Positions 19,830-28,406 of a stretch of DNA of 64,000 nucleotides are shown here, piece after piece. The stretch is from NCBI GenBank assembly GCA_043814965.1, contig JBDRJN010000003.1:68564-132563 (forward strand), read 5' to 3'. The notes below the pieces were generated by a model. The model was not told the origin of the DNA and made no database searches. It saw nothing but the letters and a program-made list of their open reading frames with translations. The translations under genes were made by a program, and so were the position numbers. Each line of letters begins with the position of its first letter. The first letter of the stretch is position 1. This DNA is from Candidatus Omnitrophota bacterium (GTDB taxonomy: Bacteria; Omnitrophota; Gorgyraeia; Gorgyraeales; Gorgyraeaceae).

Positions 19830-21467
19830 TTACATCTTTTCCGGAGCGCTTACACCTAAGAGAGTAAGCCCGCTTAAGATTATCCTTTTTAGGGCTGTTA
19901 CAAGAAACATCCTTGCATTAGTAACGTCTTTATCATCTGTTACTATCCTATAAGAATCATAATATGAGTGGAAATAACTGGAGAGTTCTTGAAGATACGA
20001 AAGCAATATATATGGCTCTAGATTACGGCTGCTTGATTCTATGATCCTGGGATACTGCATCATCTTTTTGATAAGATCTATCTCTTGGGGTTTGCCCAAG
20101 CCTGACAGGTCTGTTGGGTCAAGTTCTTTATCACTAGAAAAATTCAATACGCTTGAGATCCTTGCATAGGCATACTGAATATAATAGACTGGATTGTCCA
20201 TGCTCTTTGACTTTGCCAGCTCCAGGTCAAAATCAAGATGGCTGTCGGTCTTACGCATAATAAAAAAGAACCTTCCAGCATCTTTGCCGACTTCATCTAT
20301 GACCTCTCTTAGGGTTATGAATTCCCCTTCCCTTGTGGACATCCTTACTGGTTTTTTGTCCCTGAACAATGTAACCAGCTGAGCAATAAGTATAGACAAT
20401 CTGTCCTTATCAAAACTGAGCGCCTGGCAAGCTGCCTTTATCCTATTTATATATCCATGATGATCCGGCCCCCATATATTTATGACCTTATCATATCCTC
20501 TTTCAAATTTATCTTTATGGTAAGCTATGTCAGGTGCAAGATATGTAAAACTCCCGTCACTTTTTATAAGAACCCTGTCTTTATCATCCCCAAAAGCAGT
20601 CGAGCGGAACCATAAAGCCCCCTCTTCCTTAAATAAAAATCCTTTTTTCTCTAGGATCTCCAAAGCCTTGGCTATCTTCCCAGAACGACTGAGTTCTTTT
20701 TGACTGTACCATACATCGAATTCTACACCAAAATCAACCAGGTCTTTTTCTATGCCTTTCATCATGTAATTATACGCGTAATCTAAAAAATTCTCATCTT
20801 GTGGCTTGTAACTTGTGGCTTGTGCCTTCTTGATTTCTATTGCAATGTCTTTTATATACTCTCCCTTATATCCGTTTTCTGGCAGAGGAGTGCCTTCATA
20901 TCTAGCTTTTACTGACCTTGCAAGATTATTCATCTGTACACCTTCATCATTGATATAATATTCTCTTGTTACTTCATAACCGCAGAATTTAAGTATATTC
21001 GCAAGGCTATCCCCTACTGCTGCTTGCCGTCCATGCGCAACGGTCAAAGGCCCTGTAGGATTAGCGCTTACAAACTCTATCTGTATCTTTTTACCCTTAC
21101 CAAAAACATGTCCCCCAAAACCCTTGCCCTCCCTGATTATCTCTGATAAAGATTCTATTACCACGTTATCAGTTATATAAAAATTTATAAACCCTGGTTT
21201 TTCTTTTTTGACATCCCGTATCAGGCTTTTGTTTTCTGTTCCTGATAAATTTTCTTTTATATCAGCTATCAATTCATCAGCTATTTCCGCAGGGGGGCGT
21301 TTGAGGACTTTTGAAAGGCGCATCGCAATATTCGTAGAAAAATCACCGAATCTCTTGTCCTTGGGAACTTCCAGGTAAACATATTCCAGATAGTCTTCAG
21401 AGCTATCCAGCTTATTCTTGATGGACCCGCTTATTAAGGATATTAAGATCTGTTCTATCTTTGACAT
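19830..21467 (-). CDS. argS: Arginine--tRNA ligase
   Basis: GDFSTNIAM, EFVSANPTGPL, MSTREG, YYIQYAYAR, C-terminal APEKM. Confidence 0.97.
   Translation of the reverse strand: MSKIEQILISLISGSIKNKLDSSEDYLEYVYLEVPKDKRFGDFSTNIAMRLSKVLKRPPAEIADELIADIKENLSGTENKSLIRDVKKEKPGFINFYITDNVVIESLSEIIREGKGFGGHVFGKGKKIQIEFVSANPTGPLTVAHGRQAAVGDSLANILKFCGYEVTREYYINDEGVQMNNLARSVKARYEGTPLPENGYKGEYIKDIAIEIKKAQATSYKPQDENFLDYAYNYMMKGIEKDLVDFGVEFDVWYSQKELSRSGKIAKALEILEKKGFLFKEEGALWFRSTAFGDDKDRVLIKSDGSFTYLAPDIAYHKDKFERGYDKVINIWGPDHHGYINRIKAACQALSFDKDRLSILIAQLVTLFRDKKPVRMSTREGEFITLREVIDEVGKDAGRFFFIMRKTDSHLDFDLELAKSKSMDNPVYYIQYAYARISSVLNFSSDKELDPTDLSGLGKPQEIDLIKKMMQYPRIIESSSRNLEPYILLSYLQELSSYFHSYYDSYRIVTDDKDVTNARMFLVTALKRIILSGLTLLGVSAPEKM
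20798..20825. repeat. Heptamer tandem array inside argS
   Basis: cttgtgg cttgtaa cttgtgg cttgtgc, translated as AQATSYKPQ. Confidence 0.8.
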
Positions 21468-21489
21468 GATTTTCTTTAATAATAAATAA

Positions 21490-21530
21490 GGCCGAGCCCC
21501 AAAAGACGCTCTAGGTCTTTATGCCCGGCC
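21490..21530 (-). terminator. Hairpin between the HD-GYP gene and argS (possible weak terminator or mini-repeat)
   Basis: ggccgagc/gcccggcc and aaagac/gtcttt stems, followed by UUAUUUAUU on the minus strand. Confidence 0.4.
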
Positions 21531-21542
21531 GCTAGACTGTCT

Positions 21543-22664
21543 TTATTTTTTACGCCTTATCTTTTTACTGAGGACCTTTAAGAAGGCCTTGACTATATCC
21601 GGATCGAACTGCTTACCAGAGCCATCCATCAATTCCTGCCTAGCCTTTTTACTAGAAAGGGCTTTTCTGTAAGGCCTGTCCGAGACCATAGATTCATACG
21701 CATCTACTACTGAGAGTATCCTTGCCCCAAGGGGTATTTCTTGTTTTTTCAATTTACCTGGATATCCCAAGCCGTCATATCTTTCATGATGCCGCAATAT
21801 TATAGGAGCAAGTTCCTCTAAAAACCCTATCTGTTTTACTATGCCATAACCTAACGAAGGGTGCATTGCCATGACTTTCCATTCTTCGCTATTTAGGCTG
21901 GAGGGTTTTCTTAATATCCCCACATCTATCCCAATCTTTCCAATATCATGGAGAAGGCTCGCGTATCTTAGGACCTCTTTATCATGCTTGGATAACTTGA
22001 GCGCGTCTGCAATATCCAGGCAATGCCTCATCACCTTTTCTGAATGGCCGTATGTATGGCTGTCTTTGGCATCTATTATATTTGAAAGGGTCTTTATTGT
22101 ATTCAGATAACTGACTTCTGCGCTCCGGTATAGCTTTGCATTTTCTATGGCTATAGCAGCCTGTGAGGCAAACATGCACAAGGCATTGACATCTTCTTTA
22201 GTGTACTTGTGGGGCTTTTTGTTATAAACGCTCAAGACCCCTATTATCCTCTCTTTCTGAATAAGCGGTACAGTAGCTAGTGACAGAAGTTTCTGCTGTT
22301 CAGCAAGATGCGGGTATTTATAGTTACTTTCTTTTCGCAGGTCATTTATAACGCATGGCTTGCCGCTTTTTACGACACGGCCTGCAATGCTTTCTCCTAT
22401 CTTAAGGGATTTTTTTATCTTAAATGAATTATGGTTCAATCCCTGGATGCACTTGAGCACCAATTCCTGTTTTTCGACATCCAAAAGCCTCAAGGAACAG
22501 GAAGTGACATTCATTATATCCTTCACTTTTTTTGTTATCAAATTAAGCACTTCGTCTAATTGGAGAGTGGAACTAATGGATTTTCCTACCTCGTACAAGG
22601 CAGAAAGTTCTTTTATTCTTTTGGCGAGTTCTTTTTCGAGGTTCGTTTTTTCTTTTTTTGACAT
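21543..22664 (-). CDS. GAF + HD-GYP cyclic di-GMP phosphodiesterase
   Basis: GAF domain (IGESIAGRV, VPLIQKERIIGVL), DAKDSHTYGHS, LLHDIGK, HHERYDGLGYP. Start set at ATG 22664. Confidence 0.9.
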   Translation of the reverse strand: MSKKEKTNLEKELAKRIKELSALYEVGKSISSTLQLDEVLNLITKKVKDIMNVTSCSLRLLDVEKQELVLKCIQGLNHNSFKIKKSLKIGESIAGRVVKSGKPCVINDLRKESNYKYPHLAEQQKLLSLATVPLIQKERIIGVLSVYNKKPHKYTKEDVNALCMFASQAAIAIENAKLYRSAEVSYLNTIKTLSNIIDAKDSHTYGHSEKVMRHCLDIADALKLSKHDKEVLRYASLLHDIGKIGIDVGILRKPSSLNSEEWKVMAMHPSLGYGIVKQIGFLEELAPIILRHHERYDGLGYPGKLKKQEIPLGARILSVVDAYESMVSDRPYRKALSSKKARQELMDGSGKQFDPDIVKAFLKVLSKKIRRKK

Positions 22665-22999
22665 AGCCTGACCTTCCGCGCATCTCCCCATAAACTCTCT
22701 AGATTATAGAAAGCCCTAGCTTCTTTAGAAAATATATGAGCTATGACATCAAAGGCATCTATCAAAATCCAATTTGCCTCCCGGTATCCTTCAGTACCAG
22801 ACAGGGACATCTTTTTCTTCGAAAGGCCTTCCTCTATTGTATCTGCGATCGTTTGGGCTCGTTTAGATGAGCTTGCGGTAGCAATTATAAAAAAGTTCGT
22901 GATATTGGACAGCTTCTTCATATCCAATATCACGATATCTTCGGCTTTTTTAGATATAGCAAGACCTGCTACAAAAAGCGCTTTTTCTTTAGGATTCAC
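22613..22999 (-). CDS. rsfS: Ribosome silencing factor
   Basis: KKAEDIVILD, FIIATA, WILID, FYNLESLWGDA. Confidence 0.93.
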   Translation of the reverse strand: MNPKEKALFVAGLAISKKAEDIVILDMKKLSNITNFFIIATASSSKRAQTIADTIEEGLSKKKMSLSGTEGYREANWILIDAFDVIAHIFSKEARAFYNLESLWGDARKVRLCQKKKKRTSKKNSPKE

Positions 23000-23019
23000 G
23001 TATTATTCCGGATAAAACT

Positions 23020-23166
23020 TTACTTATTACCAAGGATACAGAACATTTTAGTACCACAAGATACGCATATGCCCTTCATTGCCCTGCGCTTGTTCTTCAT
23101 TACTACTTCCTTCGCATCCTTCATTTCTTTCTTTGATTTACATTTTACACAATAACCCTTTGCCAT
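23020..23166 (-). CDS. 48-aa basic Zn-ribbon protein (DUF5679-like), not in the ORF track
   Basis: Translated by hand: MAKGYCVKCKSKKEMKDAKEVVMKNKRRAMKGICVSCGTKMFCILGNK*. Strong SD GGGAGGT and its own promoter. Confidence 0.85.
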   Translation of the reverse strand: MAKGYCVKCKSKKEMKDAKEVVMKNKRRAMKGICVSCGTKMFCILGNK

Positions 23167-23196
23167 TTAATACCTCCCTTTGTTTTAATTGTAGTA

Positions 23197-23225
23197 ACTT
23201 TAGCATAATATTTTATAAATGTCAA
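23197..23225 (-). promoter_or_regulatory. Putative sigma70 promoter of the 48-aa gene/rsfS
   Basis: TTGACA-N17-TAAAGT with extended TG. Confidence 0.6.
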
Positions 23226-23298
23226 ATAATTTTCCAAAAATTAAGCAAATCAAGGGCATGTGTCACTTGGACAAGTTACTAATGGCCTGCCATCACTA

Positions 23299-23865
23299 TT
23301 AATATAGAGAAAATCTGACTATATAGCTATTTACTTCTTTTGATACAAGGGTTGATATTGGGAGGTTGTTGTGGACCATTTTTCTAATATCAGTGGAGGA
23401 GATATCTTTTGCCTTTATGTCCAGGCTGGAAAACCCCTTAGGCATACCTTCAATAGTATGCCCTGGCCGTTTCACTATAAGGAATGTGCAAAGCTTAAGC
23501 ATCTTATCGAGGTCTTTCCATATCTTAAGGACCTTAAGAGAATCTGAGCCTGTTATGAAAAATAGCTCTGAGCGTTTCCCATATTTTTTCTTAAAGTACT
23601 TTACGGTATCTATAGAGTAGGACCTGCCTTTTCTATCAAGCTCGATCCTTGATACAATAAGACCCTTGTTGCCTTTTACAGCCAGCTTAAGCATATTATA
23701 TCTATGACGAGCTTCAGTTACTTTGATATTTTTTTTGTGAGGTGGGATATAAGTAGGGACAAATATTGCTTTATCCAGGGAAAGTTTTTCGAGGACCTTT
23801 TTAGCAAGATACAAGTGCCCATTATGTACAGGATCGAACGTACCGCCTAATATACCTATTCGCAT
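23299..23865 (-). CDS. nadD: Nicotinate-nucleotide adenylyltransferase
   Basis: GGTFDPVHNGH, PPHK, ITGSD, ISSTDIR. Confidence 0.96.
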   Translation of the reverse strand: MRIGILGGTFDPVHNGHLYLAKKVLEKLSLDKAIFVPTYIPPHKKNIKVTEARHRYNMLKLAVKGNKGLIVSRIELDRKGRSYSIDTVKYFKKKYGKRSELFFITGSDSLKVLKIWKDLDKMLKLCTFLIVKRPGHTIEGMPKGFSSLDIKAKDISSTDIRKMVHNNLPISTLVSKEVNSYIVRFSLY

Positions 23866-23877
23866 AAGATCATCTCG

Positions 23878-23953
23878 TTAAAATTAGGGACACATCCCTT
23901 TTTTATTTACTCTGTTTTTTATTTTAAAAAAAGGGATGTGTCCCTAATTTTAA
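23878..23953. repeat. Perfect 27-bp inverted repeat (REP-like doublet) between apt and nadD
   Basis: ttaaaattagggacacatccctttttt / aaaaaagggatgtgtccctaattttaa with a 22-nt spacer. Confidence 0.85.
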
Positions 23954-24465
23954 TAATTTACCATCGAGTAGACTGGCAGGCCTTTTAGCTTTTCGCGGCC
24001 TTTTAGGTCAGCCAGCTCTATGATAAAGACAACCTCTACTATCTCGCCTTTTAATTTTTTTGCTAGCTCGGTTACAGCACTTGCGGTACCGCCTGTGGCA
24101 AGAAGGTCATCCACTATAATAACCCTGGAGCCTGGTTTAAATGCATCTTCGTGCATCTCTAAGGCGTCTTCTCCATATTCAAGGGAATATGTGGCAGAAA
24201 TAGCCCTGTAAGGAAGCTTGCCCTTCTTTCTTACAGGAACAAATGAAGCTCCTAGCCTATATGCCAGGGCGCCTCCAAAAATAAACCCGCGGGAATCTAT
24301 AGCAAGTATGGCATCTATATTTTTATCCTTATAGCGCTCGGTCAGGATGTCTATGACTTCTTTGAATTTATCGGGATCTCCTATGAGAGTAGTTATGTCC
24401 CTGAATAAAATACCTTTTTTTGGAAAATCCGGAATACTGCGAATATACTTCTTTAAATCATCCAT
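23950..24465 (-). CDS. apt: Adenine phosphoribosyltransferase
   Basis: PDFPKKGILFRDIT, SRGF, LEYG, VDDLLATGGT. Confidence 0.97.
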   Translation of the reverse strand: MDDLKKYIRSIPDFPKKGILFRDITTLIGDPDKFKEVIDILTERYKDKNIDAILAIDSRGFIFGGALAYRLGASFVPVRKKGKLPYRAISATYSLEYGEDALEMHEDAFKPGSRVIIVDDLLATGGTASAVTELAKKLKGEIVEVVFIIELADLKGREKLKGLPVYSMVNY

Positions 24466-24479
24466 TATTTACTCCCTCA

Positions 24480-24510
24480 CTATATACTACATACTAAATA
24501 CTATATACTG
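24480..24510. repeat. Intergenic heptamer array
   Basis: ctatata ctacata ctaaata ctatata ctg. Confidence 0.7.
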
Positions 24511-24513
24511 CCT

Positions 24514-25335
24514 TTAATATTCTCCTAATTCGCCACTCTGCTGTATAATATGGCCTCTTAGTTTTTCAAGCGCTGCGCTTTCGATCTGTCTTACGCGTTC
24601 TCTCGTGATACCAAAACATTTTGCAGTATCTCCAAGCGTATGAGTAGTCCCATCAAAAAGCCCAAATCTCATATCAAGGATCTTTTTTTCTCTCTCATTC
24701 ATATGCGCCAGGAGCTTATCGACTCTTTCTTTTCTGAGGGACTCGCTTATGTTGTCCATCGGGGAAGAACTCGAAGAGTCCTCTATGAGATCCATGAATT
24801 GGCCTGTACCATCATCGCCTATCGGTGCATCGAGCGACGAGATCTTTGTAGCTACCTCGCTTATCTCGCGCACCTTTTTCATGGACACGCGCATCAGCTT
24901 TGCGATCTCTTTTGTCTTGGGTTTTCTGCCGTATTTTTGAGTAAGCTGTTCTGTTATCCTCTTCCACCTATTAATGATCTCTGTCATGTAAACAGGGATC
25001 CTTATGGTCTTGCCTTGGTTGGCAATAGCACGGGTTATATATTGTTTTATCCACCATGCTGCATACGTAGAAAATCTGTACCCCTTGTAAGGGTTGTATT
25101 TTTTGACTGCCTTTATAAGGCCAAGGTTGCCCTCCTCTATCAAGTCCATCATCGGAACGCCTAGTTTTGAATAACGCTTTGCGATGTTTATGACAAGCCT
25201 GAGATTGGACTGGATCATCTTTTTTCTGGCCTTAGAATCTCCTTTTCTTGACTTTCTGGAAACAGACCTTTCTTGTTCCGGAGTCAATAGCGGAATATCC
25301 TTGATCGCCCTCAAATAAAGCTTGATAGAATCCAT
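24514..25335 (-). CDS. RpoD/RpoS-family sigma70 factor lacking region 1.1 (group-2-like)
   Basis: Starts at region 1.2 (DSIKLYL); NLRLVINIAK, FSTYAAWWIKQ, TIRIPV, TRERVRQIE. Confidence 0.92.
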   Translation of the reverse strand: MDSIKLYLRAIKDIPLLTPEQERSVSRKSRKGDSKARKKMIQSNLRLVINIAKRYSKLGVPMMDLIEEGNLGLIKAVKKYNPYKGYRFSTYAAWWIKQYITRAIANQGKTIRIPVYMTEIINRWKRITEQLTQKYGRKPKTKEIAKLMRVSMKKVREISEVATKISSLDAPIGDDGTGQFMDLIEDSSSSSPMDNISESLRKERVDKLLAHMNEREKKILDMRFGLFDGTTHTLGDTAKCFGITRERVRQIESAALEKLRGHIIQQSGELGEY

Positions 25336-25384
25336 ATTTATTTCCCAACAACTGTTATAGTAATGACTACATTTATTATAATAT

Positions 25385-25507
25385 CAAAAATTAAAATGTA
25401 AAAATAAAAATTATAATTTAAAATTCAAAAAGTAAATTCAGGAATAACTTATATAATTTTACATTTTGATATGTAATTTTAATATTTAATGTTTGCTATT
25501 TAATTTT
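25385..25507. repeat. AT-rich 7-periodic imperfect inverted repeat between ppdK and the sigma gene
   Basis: caaaaattaaaatgtaaaaataaaaattataatttaaaattcaaaa ... ttttacattttgatatgtaattttaatatttaa. Confidence 0.75.
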
Positions 25508-25512
25508 AAACA

Positions 25513-28203
25513 CTACTTACTATTTTTTAATGCTGCCTGCGCTGCTGCTAAACGCGCTATAGGAACCCTATAAGGAGAACAGCTTACGTAGTTAAGCCCT
25601 GCTTTACAGCAAAATTCAACACTCTTAGGCTCTCCTCCATGTTCTCCGCAAATGCCGCATTTTAAGGTCTTTCTTGTTTTTCTTCCCAGAGTTACAGCTT
25701 GTTTTACAAGTTGTCCTACCCCCTCTTGATCTATTGTCTGGAAAGGATCGTCAGGAAGTATCTTTTTATTTATATAATCAGGCAAGAAACCCCCTATATC
25801 GTCCCTTGAATACCCGAACGTCATCTGTGTAAGGTCATTTGTGCCAAATGAAAAGAACTCTGCTTTCTCAGCTATCTTATCTGCTATCAGAGCTGCTCTT
25901 GGTATCTCTATCATGGTCCCTACCATATAACTTACCTTCTTGCTTGATCTCCCTATGATAGCATCGGCAGTGTCTCTAACTATATTTTCAAGATAATCAA
26001 ACTCTGCTTTTGTACCTATAAGAGGTATCATGATCTCAGGAAGGACCTTTATGCCTTTTTTAGCCATATTACATGCAGCTTCTACTATAGCGCGTGTCTG
26101 CATAGTACATAACTCAGGATAGGTGATACTGAGCCTGCATCCGCGATGCCCAAGCATAGGGTTCATCTCATGCAGGTTCTTTACCAGGTCCCTGATCTTA
26201 TCAGTGGAGAGTTCCATTCTCTTGGCCATCTCTTCTATGCCGCTTTCATTGTTAGGTAAAAACTCATGTAAGGGCGGGTCCAAAAGCCTTATCGTGACAG
26301 GAAGGCCGTTCATTTCTTTAAAAATACCTTCAAAATCCTTTCTCTGATAAGGAAGAAGCTTTGCCAATGCCTTTTCTCTCTGTTCCTTATCCTGAGCGAG
26401 TATAAATTCTCGTATAGCCCAGATCCTCTCTCCCTCAAAGAACATATGCTCGGTCCTGGTAAGGCCTATGCCTTCAGCGCCAAGACGCCTTGCAGCCAGA
26501 GAATCTTTAGGAGTATCAGAATTAGTACGGATCTTTATCTTTCTATACTTATCTGCCCAGTCCATTATCTGCATGAACATCTTATAGATAGGGTCTTTTT
26601 TTGCTGTCGCGTTATTTTCTACTACTCCTGCGATAACAGGGCTGGAGCTTGACTTTATATCTCCCAGCATCACTTCTCCTAAAGAACCATCCAGGGATAG
26701 GTAGTCACCTTCCTTTACAATAGTACTGCCTACTTCTATTTCTTTTTTAGAGTAGCTTATGTTTAAAGCGCTGCATCCAGCTATACAGCACTTACCCCAG
26801 CCTCTTGCTACAACTGCTGCATGAGAAGTCATGCCTCCGGTAGAGGTCAATATGCCGACTGCTGCATCCATACCTGCCACATCTTCAGGAGAAGTCTCGT
26901 GTCTTACAAGTATGACCTTTTTGCCTTTATCCCTCCACGCTTCAGCATCTTTTGCAGTAAATACTACCTGCCCAGAAGCTGCGCCTGGTCCAGCAGGAAG
27001 GCCTTTGGCTATTACCCTTGCTTCTTTCTTTGCTTTTGGGTCAAATATAGGAAAGAGCAATTGATTAAGCTGATTGCCCTCTATCCTTAAAAGTGCTTCT
27101 TTTGGTGTGATCATCTTTTCCTTTACCATATCATACGCGATCTTTACTGCTGCAACCCCTGTCCTCTTCCCGGTCCTTGTCTGCAGCATGTACAGCTTGC
27201 CTTCTTGTATGGTAAATTCTATGTCCTGCATATCTTTATAATGTTTTTCAAGCCTGGTGCGTATAGCATCCAGTTCTTTATACACTTTTGGCATCTCTTT
27301 TTTAAGGTCACTTATTGGCTCAGGCGTACGTATGCCAGCAACAACATCTTCCCCTTGTGCATTTACCAGGAATTCACCAAAAAACTCTCCACTACCTGTG
27401 GAAGGGTTACGCGTAAAAGCTACTCCAGTAGCTGATGTATCACCCATGTTTCCAAAAACCATTGCCTGCACATTGACCGCTGTACCTAAAAGCCCTGTGA
27501 TCTTATTTATCCTTCTATATACAACAGCTCTCTCTGTGTCCCATGATTTAAAGACAGCATCCACTGCAGCCATGAGCTGCTCTTTTGCATTGTTCGGAAA
27601 ATCTTTCTTAACATGCTCTTTATAGACAGCTTTGTATTCCCCTACGAGTTCCTTTAACTGGCCTGCTGTCAGTTCATTATCCAGTTTGGCGCCGTATTTT
27701 TTCTTGAGAGCGGACATCTTCTCTTCAAAATACTCATGCTCCACTCCCATCACTACATCTCCGAACATATCTATGAACCTTCTATAAGCATCCCAGGCAA
27801 GCCTTTCATTTGATGTCTTCTTTGCCATGCCTTTTACTGAGTCATCATTAAGCCCGAGATTCAAGATCGTATTCATCATGCCAGGCATTGACGCTGCAGC
27901 ACCGCTCCTTACTGATACCAAAAGCGGATTACTAGGGTCCCCTAACTTTGCGCCCATGGCTTTCTCAAGCTTTATGATATTCTTATCTATCTCTTTCTGT
28001 AGATCGCTGGGATATTTTTTTCCGTGTTTGTAATAATGGTCACAGACTGCTGTGGATATGGTAAATCCTGGCGGTACAGGGATATCTATATTTGTCATCT
28101 CTGCTAAATTTGCACCCTTGCCTCCCAAGAGCGATTTCATCTTTGCATTGCCTTCAGCCTTGCCCTCACCAAAGAAGTAAACCAATTTGGCCATTTTAAT
28201 CAT
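25513..28203 (-). CDS. ppdK: Pyruvate, phosphate dikinase
   Basis: LGGKGANLAEM, SVRSGA, GGMTSHAAVVAR, FSFGTNDLTQ, GICGEHGG. Confidence 0.98.
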   Translation of the reverse strand: MIKMAKLVYFFGEGKAEGNAKMKSLLGGKGANLAEMTNIDIPVPPGFTISTAVCDHYYKHGKKYPSDLQKEIDKNIIKLEKAMGAKLGDPSNPLLVSVRSGAAASMPGMMNTILNLGLNDDSVKGMAKKTSNERLAWDAYRRFIDMFGDVVMGVEHEYFEEKMSALKKKYGAKLDNELTAGQLKELVGEYKAVYKEHVKKDFPNNAKEQLMAAVDAVFKSWDTERAVVYRRINKITGLLGTAVNVQAMVFGNMGDTSATGVAFTRNPSTGSGEFFGEFLVNAQGEDVVAGIRTPEPISDLKKEMPKVYKELDAIRTRLEKHYKDMQDIEFTIQEGKLYMLQTRTGKRTGVAAVKIAYDMVKEKMITPKEALLRIEGNQLNQLLFPIFDPKAKKEARVIAKGLPAGPGAASGQVVFTAKDAEAWRDKGKKVILVRHETSPEDVAGMDAAVGILTSTGGMTSHAAVVARGWGKCCIAGCSALNISYSKKEIEVGSTIVKEGDYLSLDGSLGEVMLGDIKSSSSPVIAGVVENNATAKKDPIYKMFMQIMDWADKYRKIKIRTNSDTPKDSLAARRLGAEGIGLTRTEHMFFEGERIWAIREFILAQDKEQREKALAKLLPYQRKDFEGIFKEMNGLPVTIRLLDPPLHEFLPNNESGIEEMAKRMELSTDKIRDLVKNLHEMNPMLGHRGCRLSITYPELCTMQTRAIVEAACNMAKKGIKVLPEIMIPLIGTKAEFDYLENIVRDTADAIIGRSSKKVSYMVGTMIEIPRAALIADKIAEKAEFFSFGTNDLTQMTFGYSRDDIGGFLPDYINKKILPDDPFQTIDQEGVGQLVKQAVTLGRKTRKTLKCGICGEHGGEPKSVEFCCKAGLNYVSCSPYRVPIARLAAAQAALKNSK

Positions 28204-28222
28204 TCCTTTCTTGTCTTAAGTT

Positions 28223-28394
28223 TAAAAATAAAAGTGCAAAAATAAAAACTACATATCTAAATTCAAAATTACAAGTCACGATGAACAAAACCTACTTTAA
28301 AATAGCAAGCCCCTTAACTATTTTACTTCCCTATAACTTCTATTTTTAAATTTTGGTTTGTCATTTTGCATTTTTATTTTTTATTTTTGAATTT
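28223..28394. repeat. AT-rich 7-periodic imperfect inverted repeat between glyS and ppdK
   Basis: taaaaataaaagtgcaaaaataaaaactacatatctaaattcaaaa ... ttttaaattttggtttgtcattttgcatttttattttttatttttg. Confidence 0.75.
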
Positions 28395-28406
28395 ACAATG
28401 TACCGA

